From: Eledone cirrhosa
Lineage: Eukaryota
Assembly: GCA_964016885.1 (NCBI GenBank)
Contig: OZ024743.1
Coordinates: 369,024,001-369,088,000, forward strand
Direction of reading: 5' to 3'
DNA length: 64,000 nt
Below are positions 1 through 13,439 of this stretch, one piece after another. How positions within the stretch are numbered: the stretch's first letter is position 1; each line of letters begins with the position of its first letter. A model generated the notes under the pieces. The model saw nothing but the letters and a program-made list of their open reading frames with translations, was not told the DNA's origin and ran no database searches. Made by a program: the position numbers and the translations under genes.

Positions 1-469
1 TCACATAGTCAAAACTGAGATGTGGTGGGTTTTTTTGAAGATCCATGTGCATTTCAGCCAGTCCTTAGATTTGTTTTAGAGGTGTAAGTTCATATGATTA
101 ATTCCCTCTTGTCGATGATCCTAATTAAACATTCAACTTAACCCTTCCAAAGGTGAAACATGGCTCTGTAGCCATTAAGGAATTATGTATGAGAGAGTAA
201 AATAGGTATTTAATGTCTGGTATGTTCCATTTGATATATTTTTGTTAAACTCACTATACTGCTCATTTGTAATTATATGTTCTTATATTCTTTAAAAATT
301 ATCTCCTATCCTAATGTTTGATGTATTTCTATATATATCCATTCACTTTTGAATTTATATCAAGATCGCGGAATTGTTCCTTGAGCTTCCTTTGCAGGTG
401 ATATGGTATGTGTCTGTAATTTTCTCAGACACAACATCTTTATTAATTTTATTAAGGTTAAATAGTGAG

Positions 470-519
470 TCTTGTTACTCTGGAGTTTCGCCTGTTTATC
501 ACAGGGTCATCAGAGAAGA
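470..519 (-). ncRNA. Type I hammerhead ribozyme motif
   Basis: Minus strand reads tcttct CTGATGA c-cctg-tgataaa-cagg-c GAAA ctc-ca-gag TA acaaga: intact core, stems II and III, GUA cleavage triplet, stem I with one mismatch. Confidence 0.75.
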
Positions 520-562
520 TATATATATATATACAATGGAAACTATATTTATAAAACCATAT

Positions 563-626
563 TTATTCTATTATATATATTTCAAGGGTACCAAAATGTT
601 GGTACGCTTTCATCAGATAAAATACA
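563..626 (-). ncRNA. Minimal type I hammerhead (left pLTR arm)
   Basis: Minus strand: tgtattttat CTGATGA aagcgtacca-acattt-tggtaccctt GAAA tatata TA atagaataa. Confidence 0.8.
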
Positions 627-1108
627 AAGTTTGTTTCATAAATTTTGACATAACCAAGAAAAATACCTTAACAGTTCAAGTTTTCTTTGGATAGTGAAGG
701 GATAAGAGAAGAAAAGACAGATATTTCAAATTATTAAGATGAGTATGCAAATGAGGTTGAGGTATAGGGCTGAAAAAACCCGTTATTTTAGACGCTATGG
801 AGAATTTAAATAATCAGGATATGTGTATATGTGTATGTATGCGTAGGAAAGAAGAAAAAGGAAGAAGAGCTTGTATTTACGTTAATTTGGGGGAATGGTG
901 GAATATGATTCCAGAATTTAAATTTATTTAGCTATATTATGAGTTATAATATTGTATATATAATCAATTAGATTATATGAAGAATTATGGTTGTAAGTAT
1001 TTTTATCTTATTACATTACAATAGGTTATATGTATATAAATATCTATATAGATTAATAATTGTGCATGTATAAGTATTATAGAAATAGAAATAATTTACA
1101 ATAATAGT

Positions 1109-1542
1109 ACCATTCCGAACAACAACAACTCCAGAAAATGTAACTATAGAATCAAATCAAACTGCCCTTTACAAAATAATTGGTTAGACAAAAACGTAGT
1201 TTATAAATGCACAGTTAAAACTAGAGACAAAGTATTTAACTATATTGGTGCCACTTCAACAAAATTCAAAGAACGCTGGAATAACCATAAACACACATTT
1301 AAGAGATCCGATAAAAAATCTTCTAGTTCACTTTCACATTTAATTTGGAACTTAAAAGACAACAATATAGACTATTCAATATCTTTGAGAACGATATGGC
1401 TTTCTCAAGATTCTGTAACTTTTGTATCGAAGAAATTTTTTATATAATTAACTGTCAAAACTCTATTAATCTTAAAACAGAATTATTTTCTTCTTGCAGA
1501 CATCGCCAAAATTCCACGTTCAGAAGTATTTTTAATTTATAA
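1109..1542 (+). pseudogene. Penelope GIY-YIG endonuclease remnant (frameshifted)
   Basis: Manual translation RKCNYRIKSNCPLQNNWLDKNVVYKCTVKTRDKVFNYIGATSTKFKERWNNHKHTF, then ...CNFCIEE...NLKTELFSSCRH: VVY...YIG, R..NH and terminal CxxC/CRH motifs typical of Penelope endonucleases. Confidence 0.85.
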
Positions 1543-2687
1543 TATTCCTATACACCTTCAAAATGATCCTATTTTCTTTAAAAGTTTTAATGTAAATTTT
1601 AAAAAATTTTTAATATTTCTAATTTTTTTAATATTTCTAATATTTTTACCTTTTGACATTAATTTTTTTATTTTTTTAATATGTATATATTTTTTTAATA
1701 TACATTTTTTTTATATTTTTAATTCTGACATTATTTTCCTAGTGATACCCCTCTAAATATATTTTTTTTAGTGTAGATTGATAATCTTTAATTGATATTC
1801 TGAAAATTTATCCTCTTTACGATAGTTCTTCGAAATGCACATTATGTTTTTCCTCTCCTTTTGATATTCAAACTTTCACACATCTTTCGACGAAAATAAT
1901 TAATCTCACACAAAATAATATATAATTTTCTCTATATATTTTCTGAGTAAATCATTCATCAAATTTAACGGTTAACAAACAAGATTAGAGTTATCTTTCC
2001 CTTTTCAATCGTGCAAACATAAAAATAATATATGTACGATAAACTATATAACTTCGCTAAATTAACATTATTCTGAAAACATTTTCAATTGTCGGAACAA
2101 AATATTCGAATCTACAAATTGTTCTCCTCTCACAACTTGAACCACATATTTTTTTATGTAAAATACAAAATCAACATCCTTCGTAATTCATATTAGAAAT
2201 ATAAACAACTAATAATTGTAAATTATTTCTATTTCTATAATACTTATACATGCACAATTATTAATCTATATAGATATTTATATACATATAACCTATTGTA
2301 ATGTAATAAGATAAAATACTTACAACCATAATTCTTCATATAATCTAATTGATTATATATACAATATTATAACTCATAATATAGCTAAATAAATTTAAAT
2401 TCTGGAATCATATTCCACCATTCCCCCAAATTAACGTAAATACAAGCTCTTCTTCCTTTTTCTTCTTTCCTACGCATACATACACATATACACATATCCT
2501 GATTATTTAAATTCTCCATAGCGTCTAAAATAACGGGTTTTTTCAGCCCTATACCTCAACCTCATATGCATACTCATCTTAATAATTTGAAATATCTGAC
2601 TTTTCTTCTTATCCCTTCACTATCCAAAGAAAACTTGAACTATTAAGGTATTTTTCTTGGTTATGTCAAAATTTATGAAACAAACTT

Positions 2688-2751
2688 TGTATTTTATCTG
2701 ATGAAAGCGTACCAAAGTTTTGGTACCCTTGAAATATATATAATAGAATAA
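2688..2751 (+). ncRNA. Minimal type I hammerhead (right pLTR arm)
   Basis: tgtattttat CTGATGA(2698-2704) aagcgtacca-aagttt-tggtaccctt GAAA tatata TA atagaataa. Confidence 0.8.
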
Positions 2752-2888
2752 ATATGGTTTTATAAATATAGTTTCCAATTATTTAATATCATTGAATATT
2801 ATACTCCAGAAAACTTGTTGAGTGCTCTGAATCTGTTATAAACATTTATATTTGTTGAATTACCAACAAATTGAATATCCCCTTTGCT

Positions 2889-2969
<81 letters not shown>

Positions 2970-2970
2970 A
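2889..2970. repeat. (TA)n microsatellite
   Basis: Direct reading. Confidence 0.95.
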
Positions 2971-4669
2971 AAAGCACATGTGAATTAGAATATGGTGATG
3001 ATTGAAACTTTTGAAAGTAGAGATAAAAGCTTTCACTGTAAATTGACTAAAAAATGGTAGTCTAATATTAGATTATAAATCCCCCAAAGTGGAAAAAATA
3101 GGAATCAACATACATGGCAAATGAACCCACACCTCATATATTTTTGCAGTAAGTATGCTAGACTGGTTACACCAACACATCCACCCTATTTTTTTCATTA
3201 AATTTAGAGGCTATAGAGTTAATAGTGATAAATATGAAAGCATGCGGAAATTTGAATATGGTGCCAATTGAAAATTTTGAAAATAGAATTAGAAACTTTG
3301 ACCATAAATTGGCAACATAATATAGTCCAATATTAGGGCATGTGAACACCATAATGGAAGGATGTTCATGTAACCTAATATTAGACTATTTTATGTAGTC
3401 AATTTATAGTGAAAGTTTCTAATTCTATTTTCAGTATACCATCATTATCATTTTCATCATCATCATTTTATATCAACTTTCCATGCTAGGATGAGTTGTA
3501 ACTGTTTGAAACCAGATGGGAGGGGCAACCAATCTTGCTCATTACATGCCATATTTGGCATGGTTTCTATGGCTGGATGCCCTTCCTAATGCAAACTATC
3601 ATACAGGATGTACAGGTGCATTTTACATGCCAAGCTGAAATGTCCTTTGCTCTTTCTTTGAACAACATTGATGGCATGGAGAGGTGAATGCTGGTCATCC
3701 ACAAAACAATTTGCCCAGGCTTGCATCTTGCAGAGAAGCCATAATTGAATTCCGAAATAAATTCACTAGTCCTGGTGCCATGATATATTGCTCACAATTG
3801 TCTATAAAGTTATATGAACTGAACTGAGAAGATGTAGAGTTGAGAGGACCCCTTTGGTCATGTTAAGGATATAATAACCTCTTTAGTTCTGGTACTATAA
3901 TAAAATCTACCCAGTCCACTCTGTAAAGTGATAGTGCTGGTGCCACATGTAAAACAAGTAGCCTCTGTAAAATGTTTTGTTTTAGGAAGGATATTTATCT
4001 ATAGAATATATGGCAAAAATAGAATGTATGAGAGCATGACAAGGTTCTCCAATCAGTCCAATCTGAAACTGTGATAGCCCATTCAACTCATGCCAGCATT
4101 GAAAGCAGACATAAAATGATGATGATATATTAAGAAGAACAAAACGAGGTTTCACATTGGAATTTTTATTGATTAGACTCAGTTACCAACATTTCATATA
4201 TGAGTGGTTAGGGATCCATATTAGTGTTAGAGACCTGACTCCAGCCCAAATCTTCTCATCAGACTTGTTAATCAAGCAAAACCAGAATCTCATCTGAGGG
4301 CATCCTATCTCAAATAATGTATATATACATGTGTATAGACCAACCAACGTACACACAGACATGTTCATACACACACATACACTGGCATATAACTTGTTGC
4401 CATTAAGCTGACCAGCCTCCATACACTTACAACACATACACACACACACAACACACATACAATATACTAATGGCTCTTTCATTTCTGTTTTTTTTTTCTT
4501 CCACCTTCTCACTCTGCCTATTTCTATCTATTTCTTTATTTACTCCCCCCCCCCCTCACACTCTCTCTCTCTCTCTCTCTTTCTCTCTCAGCCAGCTGTA
4601 CTCACAGGCATAATATATTCAAAAGGCTAGACAAACACATTTATATGTGTATGCAAACACAATCCCCTC

Positions 4670-4870
4670 CCCAGGACACACATACACATATACACACACA
4701 CACACACGCACATACCTACGCATACACACACACTTACACATGCACATACATACATACACTCATACACACAGACACACACACATGCACACACATACCTACA
4801 CATAGACATACATACACACATACACACACACAACTCCCACCCAACACATACACACACACACTTACATACA
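4670..4870. repeat. Degenerate (CA)n/(CATA)n low-complexity tract
   Basis: Direct reading; source of spurious His/Thr and Val/Cys ORFs. Confidence 0.85.
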
Positions 4871-5334
4871 CTGTCTGTGGGTATCTATTCTATGATCTGT
4901 AACTCTTGGAGTTACAACAAAACAGTTGTTGGTTGACTGAAGTACTTGCTTCTCTTGTCATGGAATTATTTCTACTTCTTATACATATGTCTAATAATCA
5001 AATATCTTTATACCCCTCCTCCTTATCATACCCTCATCTTCACACCCTCTCCTCTGCACACCACCCCTCCTCCCCACATACCTCAACCTCACACCTCTTA
5101 TCTTCACCCCCTCCTCATCTCCACCAGTCCCGTTCCTCACATCTCTCCTCACCCCATCACCCCTACCATCATTACCAACATCAATGATGGAGTCTCTATA
5201 TGGTTGCCCAATCTGATTGAAATAGGTGAATCTCCCTAAAATCACACCCTACCATCTTAAGAAAGGATGAATGTATTACAACAACAGATCTTTTAAAGCT
5301 GTCTTCCCTACTAAAGTAGAGGTTAGCCTTGGGG

Positions 5335-5590
5335 GTCTCTTGACAAGCTTCTCCATTTTTCCTTATCAGTTGCATCTTCTACTTCACTAACCCCATGGCT
5401 TTCATTTCCTGTTCCATCATTTTTAGCCATGTCTTTCTTGGTCTTCCCCTTCCTCTACTTCCTTCCACATTCATTTCCATCACTACTCTCACCCAGTCAT
5501 TTTCATCATTCCTCAACACATAACTCAACCATCTCATTCTATTTCTGTTCACAACATCCATCACTGGTTCATTTCCCATTATCCTCTGCA
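5335..5590 (-). mobile_element. RTE-clade LINE 3' fragment
   Basis: ORF 5379-5591(-) RMRWLSYVLR...VEGSRGRGRPRKTW is the RTE C-terminal signature. Confidence 0.75.
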
Positions 5591-6109
5591 ATTCATTGTT
5601 TGTCTTCCTCTTTCAGTGAACAATATAATTCTAGATACATACATTGTCCAAATAAAATATGGATTAGTTATGGCTGGGATGACTTTATATCAGGGGTGAA
5701 CTAGGGCTAAACAACATCATCATCTATTTAATGATGTTTCCCCATGGTGAATAGATTTTGTATTCACTACAGTAATCTCTGACTACTTTCATTCTACAAT
5801 TTTGTCTCAGTAAACTCCAGTATTATGTGATTAACTTAACCACTTCCAAAAATGACATACTCAACTGTTGACTACAAATCTTTTCAACCTCAATTCTCAG
5901 CATATTTACTTCCCGCATGCATGGAAAAGATATAGAATTAGTTTGTTTGAAGCTCTCTGGAATGAAAGAGGAACAATTTCGTCATTCATTTAAACCAGTC
6001 ATGGTTGGGTAGTTAAAATATTTGCTTCATAATAACAAGGTGCTAAAGGCAGTGAATTAGCAGAATTGCTAGAACATGAGATAGAATGCTTTGCTGTATT
6101 CATTCTGGG

Positions 6110-7413
6110 AGCGGTGACTAATCTCTCAGAGGCTGAAGTCACAAGAGCAGTTAAAGAGCTCAAATGTGGCAAGGCCACTGGGGAAGATGAAATCTGGCCC
6201 AAGCTGTTAAAAGCCTTAAATAGAGAAGGTATTCTCTGGCTGATTCATGTATGCTGAATGGGCTGGATCTCTGGAACGGCACCTAAGCAATGGCAATTGG
6301 GAGTGATAATCCCTATTACCAAAAAGGGAGACAAGAGAGATTGTTCCAATTACAAAGGGTTCTCTTTGTTAAATCTTCCCAGTAAAGTCTATTCTAAGTA
6401 TCTGTCAAAGAGCTGTAAGGAGATTGTTGAGTTCAAGCTAGCTGATGAACAGTGGTTTTCACCCTGGACACAGCACAGCCAACCAAATATTCATACTGCA
6501 GAATGTCTTGTGGGAGTATTGCCAAGAGGTATATTCTTGTTTTGAAGACGTTGAAAAGGCATATGACCATGTTCCTCGGGCCCAGCTGTGGAAGGTTCTG
6601 CAGAAGTAAGGGATCGATGGTCAACTTCTTGCTGCCCTGATGTCTCTATACAAATGCCCAAATATTTGTGTATGGATAAATGATGCTAAATCGAAACCAT
6701 TCTATGTGAGAGTCAGACTCTGCTAAGGATGCATACTGTCACCTCTTCTGTTCACTATTTTTATGAACAGGATTGACAGTCGGGTTGGAAATGGTATCAT
6801 GACTGGCAGGTGTAAAATCAGTCGACTGGAATTTGTTGATAATATGGTGTTACTTAACTCGACAGAAGGTGATCTCTGATTTGCACTTGATAGGTTTGAT
6901 ACCAATTGCCACATGGCTGGAATGATAATCAGCGCCAGCTTCAGCATTTGATAATCAGAAGATAGATAGGTGTAAAAGCCAAACTCACTATCTTCAATTC
7001 GGTATTTGTGCCAACTCTTACCTATGGTCATGAATCTTTAGTAATGACCGAAAGTATACAATCATGAATACAAGCGGTTGAAATGAGGTTCCTCTGAAGA
7101 GTCTTTGGAGTAATGTTGCTCCATGTAGAGCCACTACTTCTCCAAATTTAGAGATCATAGCTCCAATACAATGGGCATATTGTAGAATGTCTCAGGAAAG
7201 AATTGCTGGACAGGTTTTACAGGAAAAAACCAACTGACAGGAGACCTAGGGTTAGACCCTGAGCAAGATCATTGGATAATATCCATGAGCTTGGCAGGTC
7301 TCGCTTGGGGAGGTGGCTTCAGACAAGACCCACTGGAAGGAGTATTTGAGGACTCTGCTCCCACTAGCCTCTCAGGAATAAGTGGGTGAAGAAGAAGAAG
7401 AAGAAGAAGAAGA
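6110..7413 (+). mobile_element. Degenerate RTE (Expander/Rex3-like) LINE, RT to 3' end with (GAA)n tail
   Basis: Fragments LKCGKATGEDEI, IIPITKKGDKRDCSNYKGFSLL, EKAYDHVPR, LSPLLFTIFM; many stops and frameshifts; ends in gaagaagaa. Confidence 0.85.
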
Positions 7414-7630
7414 AGGAGGAGGATATTAATTTTCTCATTGTTATGTTGTTGTTTAAAAATAATAATGGAAGGTTTAGATTTAAAAATGATTGCTTAAAAA
7501 CAAATATATTTTCATCTTAGAATCAAGTACAGTTTCAAGCATGTTGGTATCAAAAGGGTTAAAATAGGTAATTTGGTATGATGGGACAAGAGGTCATCTA
7601 CAAAATGTTGATGTCAAAACAGTTAAAATA

Positions 7631-8877
7631 CCATATAAACTTGAATATAAGCTGAGAAATATGTGACAAAAAAATTGATAGTAAAATGTAGAGTTGGTCA
7701 TAGTCAATATTTTGTTGATTTTCACCAACTTCAAATTCTATGTAAATGAGTGCTAAAATATTTTTGTTCTGGAGGTGAATATTACACCTGTTTCACGTTA
7801 GAGGTGAATATTACACCTGTTTCACGTTAGAGGTGAATATTACACCTGTTTCACGTTAGAGGTGAATATTACACCTGTTTCACGTTAGAGGTGAATATTA
7901 CACCTGTTTCACGTTAGAGGTGAATATTACACCTGTTTCACGTTAGAGGTGAATATTACACCTGTTTCACGTTAGAGGTGAATATTACACCTGTTTCACG
8001 TTAGAGGTGAATATTACACCGGCTTCATTTTGGAGGTGAATATTACACCTGTTTCACGTTAGAGGTGAATATTACACCTGTTTCACGTTAGAGGTGAATA
8101 TTACACCGGCTTCATTTTGGAGGTGAATATTACACTGGTTTCACGTTAGAGGTGAATATTACACCAGTTTCACTTTGGAGGTGAATATTACACTGGTTTC
8201 ACGTTAGAGGTGAATATTACACCAGTTTCACTTTGGAGGTGAATATTACACTGGTTTCACGTTAGAGGTGAATATTACACCGGCTTCATTTTGGAGGTGA
8301 ATATTACACTGGTTTCACGTTAGAGGTGAATATTACACTGGTTTCACGTTAGAGGTGAATATTACACTGGTTTCACGTTAGAGGTGAATATTACACTGGT
8401 TTCACGTCAGAATATTACACCGGCTTCATTTTGGAGGTGAATATTACACCAGTTTCACTTTGGAGGTGAATATTACACCAGATTCACTTTGGTGATGAAT
8501 ATTACACCAGATTCACTTTGATGATGAATATTACACCAGATTCACTTTGGTGGTGAATATTATTTTTGACATTAAATTTGTATTTCCCATTGTTTTTGAT
8601 GTTTTGAATGACTATGGCCTTCAAAACAGTTGGAAATTGGTAAAAAATCATTATGTAATGGAGTTGTGAAACAAAAACTATAATCTAAATTACACTTAAA
8701 ACATTTTAGATATATGTTAAAACTTCATAGATATATTCACCACCCATAAAAATTTCAAAACTGCACCATCTAAAGATAATGTGTTGTTTAGCTGCCTCGG
8801 CTTATAAACAGGGTTTGGATTTTTGCCTATTTCTCAGACATAAAATAGGGGTTCAGCTTATATTCAAGAATATACGG
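7631..8877. mobile_element. Non-autonomous Tc1/mariner-superfamily (pogo/Tc2-like) MITE with internal minisatellite
   Basis: TA|ccatataaacttgaatataagctga ... tcagcttatattcaagaatatacgg|TA inverted termini; homologous partial copies at about 12720-12985 and 62920-63200. Confidence 0.7.
7772..8562. repeat. 29-bp minisatellite, about 27 copies (gaggtgaatattacacctgtttcacgtta)
   Basis: Period 29 (e.g. 7801, 7830); homogeneous on the left, diverging to the right; no spacers. Confidence 0.95.
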
Positions 8878-10282
8878 TATATTGTTAACTGTGTTCATCC
8901 TTTGTAGTGTGATGATTTATAGGAGTGAGACATGGGTGATGTCTGTGGATTAACTTATAATCAGATTGGCTTACATTCAAGTGTAAATGGTAATTCTTCA
9001 AGAGACCTGAGTTTAGATACTTCTAAGTGATAATCTATCCCACACTTACAATGTCCCTACTATTAAACTTTAGTAAGCTTTAAGGGCAGTAGAAACAGTT
9101 AAGTAAGAATCCTGCTTTAATTACAGCTACTTTTATGAAGGATGCTCAACATCTCTTGGTATAACTAAAGACATTTTGCATCCTGGACTACTGTCAGAAC
9201 AATGGACAAAAATCCTTGGCTTATAAATAAAGGTTAATTAAAGCTGGGATTCATCACAATTCTAAATGTCATTTGTTTGTTGTTTCATGTATCACACCTG
9301 GCCAATTCTAATATAGGATGTGTGGGTTGCATTTAGTCACCCTTATTTTCATGAATTATAACAATGATTTCATTTTCATTTGTGTTTTTATATCCCAACA
9401 CACCAGTTTCTACTTATTTAAAATAATTATTTTCAGAATTAAAGAAAATTAAGAAAATAGCTAAATCAATGTTAAAAAATTGACTTAACCCTGTGATCTT
9501 CTTTAATAAGCATGAATTAGTTATATGACATTTACACCTGTCAGGTCACTCTTGAGTGCTACTGGTAGTATGTAACCCAGTACAACCTGTCGCATGGTCG
9601 GGTGGTCGGCGACTAAACCGGTAATCCCACCAAGTTTACTGGGTGAGGAGGGTGATTTTGGACACCCTGCAAGCCAAAAAACAAAACCTGACAAAAGGCG
9701 GTGAACTCATAAGAGTCAACGGCCATCTAAAAAAAAAAAGAAATCCTGCCAAATCAGTGGGTGGCAGTAGTTCCAGCTGCACACAAGACTGGTGTAGACT
9801 GGTGTAGTGGTTCTGAGGACAATGCAGCTTTGCAGATTATCAATGTAACTTGAAAATGGAAAGGCGCTCCCACTCGAGTTAGAAGAGAACTATTGACCTT
9901 CAGGAGAAGCAGCGACTCCTGATTGTATTCAGCAACCGAATCAGATATGAAGTACACCAAATCCAATGCTCCTGGGGGCGGCCCTGGTTCTTCTTATTTG
10001 TGAGAGTAGACTCGGTCAGATTAGATTAGATTAGACATTTACATAACTTATTCTATTTATATTGAATTTTCTATCTGCCTGCTGGCAGTGCATTAGACAT
10101 CACACTATGATAAACATTTCATAAACCAATGAGAAATTTCAATAGTGCTCTCTTACAGTGAATATGTTTTCATTAAGAACAATTCTGGTATATCTATAGC
10201 TACTTCTCAGCCTGAGCAACGCTGGCTGGATTTCCTGCATATATATATATATATACAATATATTAATAAATGGAAACTATAG

Positions 10283-10350
10283 TTATTTTATTATATATAT
10301 TTCAAGGGCAACCAAGCACATATTGGTGCACTTTCATCAGATAAAATACA
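10283..10350 (-). ncRNA. Minimal type I hammerhead in a solo Penelope pLTR fragment (about 10255-10430)
   Basis: Minus strand: tgtattttat CTGATGA aagtgcaccaa-tatgtgc-ttggttgccctt GAAA tatata TA ataaaataa; homologous to 563-626; between (TA)n runs. Confidence 0.78.
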
Positions 10351-10443
10351 AAATTTGTTTTATAAATAGTGACATAACCATGGAAAACAACCTTGACGGT
10401 TGAAAATTTGCTGGATAGTCACTTCTACATATATATAGATACT

Positions 10444-10489
<46 letters not shown>

Positions 10490-10792
10490 TTCACAGATGC
10501 GTGCATATATATATACACACACACACATAGACACACAAACATACATTAAACCAAATTTTAAGTACTGCTTTTTTCTTTCATTTCCCTCCCTTTAATGAAC
10601 TTGAGTATTTCCTGAGAAAACACTCTTCTTCTTTAGTGAGTTTCTTTCTCTCAGCTACCAAGAGTAAAACATCTCTGTTAATATCAAACACCTTTTCACA
10701 CATTTTGCTTTTCCAGTTCATTTAATACTTCAAATCTATTTTGCATTTTTATTTTGTATTCCTATTTCTGTTTGATAATCATTTGAAGGACC

Positions 10793-11218
10793 TCTTCTTC
10801 TTCTTCTTCTTCTTCTTCTTCTTCTTCTTCTTCTTCTTCTTCTTCTTCTCCTTCTCCTCCTCCTCCTCCCCCTCCGCCTCCGCCTCCGCCTCCTCCTCCT
10901 ACTACCCCTTCTACTCAACCTCCTCCTCCTCCTTCTTCACCCACTTATTCCTGAGAGGCTCGTAGGGAGAAGAGTCCTCAAACACCCCTTCCAGCGGGTC
11001 CTGTCAGAAGCAACCATGTCCAATTGATCTGGCTGGATCCCCGTGTGTGACCAGCCGAGCTTATGGATATTATCCAACCATCTTGCTCAGGGTCTCCCTC
11101 TGGGTCTCCTGCCAGTTGGTTTTGCTCATAAAATCTTTCCAACGATTCTTTCTTGAAACATTCTAACCATGTCTTTAATATTAGAGCTGTGATCTCTCAA
11201 TTTGGAAAAGTAGATGGT
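10793..11218 (-). mobile_element. RTE 3' end with expanded (GAA)n/(GGA)n tail
   Basis: Reverse complement resembles 7130-7413; (TTC)n at 10793-10848 is the tail. Confidence 0.7.
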
Positions 11219-11470
11219 ATTCCTTGTATGTAAAGACAATATTTTTTACTAAGTTCTAGGAGCATGAAACTATTGCTAATTTTTTTTTCCTACACAGAAA
11301 CGTCCAAGACAGTTTCACATTTACTAATCTGTTCTAACTCTGATATTGAAGCCCCCTCCCCCTGTAAAATGATCATGTCTAACTTGAGAATTTTACTGAC
11401 TACAGTCAGAACTACAGTCAGGACTACAGTCAGGACTACATTTATTTACATATCTCTTGGATATATATAT

Positions 11471-11622
11471 GGAGGCACATGGCTCAGTGGTTAGAGCATT
11501 GGCCTTGCAATCGAAAGGTTGTGAGTTCAATTCTCAGACCGGGTGATGTGTTGTTTCCTTGAGCAAGACACTTTATTTCACATTGCTTCAGTTTACTCAG
11601 CTGTAAAAATGAGATGGGTCCC
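11471..11622 (+). mobile_element. tRNA-derived CORE-like SINE
   Basis: Box A tggctcagtgg, box B gagttcaattc, then CORE-like ccttgagcaagacactttatttcacattgcttcagtttactcagctgtaaaaatg; followed by an RTE-type 3' tail to about 11795. Confidence 0.7.
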
Positions 11623-12337
11623 TATCATTCCACTGTAGAGTGGTCGTGGAGGTGCCACTGCAAAAAAGCACCCAGCACTCACTGTAAATGAGGTTGGTGT
11701 TAGGAAGGGCATCCAGCTGTAGAATTCAAGCCAGAATCAATTCCCGTCCCACCCTTGCAAGCAGGGAAAAGCGGACGTAAAAATGATGATGATGATATAT
11801 ACACACACACATCCTGTTTGTATGCTGTTGTTTTTTAATAGGTACAGTGTATATTTGCATATCATAAGAGATGACAAAAAGAGTTGGAGTCAAAAAGGGC
11901 ATCCTAACTTTAACCCTAACCCTAAAAGTTCTGAAGTGAAGTTTTTAACTATATAACGTACACACACACACAATACTCATACACACACGTACATACACAC
12001 ACAAACACACACGCACATATACACATTCATATATATGTCGAAGTAATGCATTTACCTGTGTTTATTTCTGTACAAATGAGTGTGTGTAAGAGAGAGGGAG
12101 AGGGGGTATAAAAGGTGAGAGAGAGAGAGCCAGAGTGTGATAGACACAGAGACAAACAGAGAGAAACAAAAAGTATATTTCAGCCAATAAACCAGAAAAA
12201 ATGTCTAATCTTTAGAAGGAGGATTAATGATTTGTGATCAGGTGAGGAATCTCAGTCGTCCCCCACTCCAATAGATAAACACACAAATAAATATATAAAC
12301 AGTAAAAAATATTGAGAAAAGGCAATCTATTTATTAA

Positions 12338-12558
12338 CCCTTTAGCATTTAAACCACCCATATCCGGCCAGAATTCTCTCACCTCTTTCTGTTCAAACCG
12401 GTCGGAACCGGCCACTCATACTGACATTAAGGTATTGTTCTCAAAATAAATAACATCAAAATCTCATAGATTCGATATTATGTGAGATAATTACGTGAGA
12501 TAAAGCCTTTATCATGAAAATGTAATAGTAAATATAGAGTAATATAAATGCTAAAGGG
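12338..12558. mobile_element. piggyBac-like MITE
   Basis: TTAA|ccctttagcattta ... taaatgctaaaggg|TTAA: 14-bp TIR with TTAA target duplication. Confidence 0.8.
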
Positions 12559-13439
12559 TTAATTATCTAAAGAACAACTGAAATGACAAATATAATATAA
12601 GTGTAATCATATATGATACAGGAATGGCTGATTGGAAATTACCAATAAACTGTTTTTTTTACATTTGATAAAAGAAATTGAAGTGATAATCATAATTTCT
12701 TCACTCAGTTCTTTTGGTAAGTCGATTCAAATATAAGCCGACCCCCCCATTTTATGCCTGAAAATTGGGCAAAAATCCAAACCCTACTTATAAGCCAAGA
12801 CAGCTAATTAACACATTATGTTTAGATGTTGTGGTTTTGAAATTCTCATGAATGGAGAATATATTTATGAAGTTTTTATATTTTGATATTTAAAATGTTG
12901 TTTAGATTATAGTTTTTGTTTCAGAACTCCATTACGTAATGATTTTTTTTTACCAATTTCCAATCATTCTGATAGCCAAAATTGAAACCAGTATATATAT
13001 ATATATATGTATATATATACATAAATATGTATGTGTGTCTATTGCTTATAATAATAATTTCTGATTTAGGCACAAGGCCAACAATTTTGAGGAGGGGAAA
13101 GTTGATTAAATCAACCCCAGTGTGTTACTGGTACTTTATTTTGTCGACCCTGTAAGGATGAATGGCAAAGCTAACCTGGGATTTGAACAAAAGTGTTTCC
13201 ATCTCTATCTGTGTCTTTGTCTGCCTGTATTTCTCTCTCTCTTTTTCTCTCTCTCTGATCATTGTTGTTAGTGACCTCACTTGCTTTAAAGTACATACTT
13301 AATTAGTGATGCTAATAGTACTTAATGGCAGCAGACAGTCTAAAGTCTTCTCTACTTCGGATCTTTCATCCTATTTCAAACTATTTTACTACTTCATATA
13401 CTACATAGATTTTAACTACATACACAGCAGAACATTTAA

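Larger units (their letters stand above)
535..2888 (+). mobile_element. 5'-truncated Penelope-like element with inverted pseudo-LTRs
   Basis: About 570-bp near-identical inverted repeat (537-1101 vs 2216-2776) flanks a GIY-YIG remnant; each arm has a hammerhead; both ends abut (TA)n. Confidence 0.85.

Noticed and set aside
4190-4268. CTGATGA...GAAA on the minus strand
   Set aside because: No convincing stem I or stem II pairing.
7772-8562. CRISPR-like 29-bp palindromic repeats
   Set aside because: Units are contiguous with no unique spacers, no cas genes are present, and the context is a eukaryotic MITE.
11471-11545. Possible tRNA gene
   Set aside because: A and B boxes are present but the acceptor stem is poor and the sequence continues into a CORE-like SINE body.
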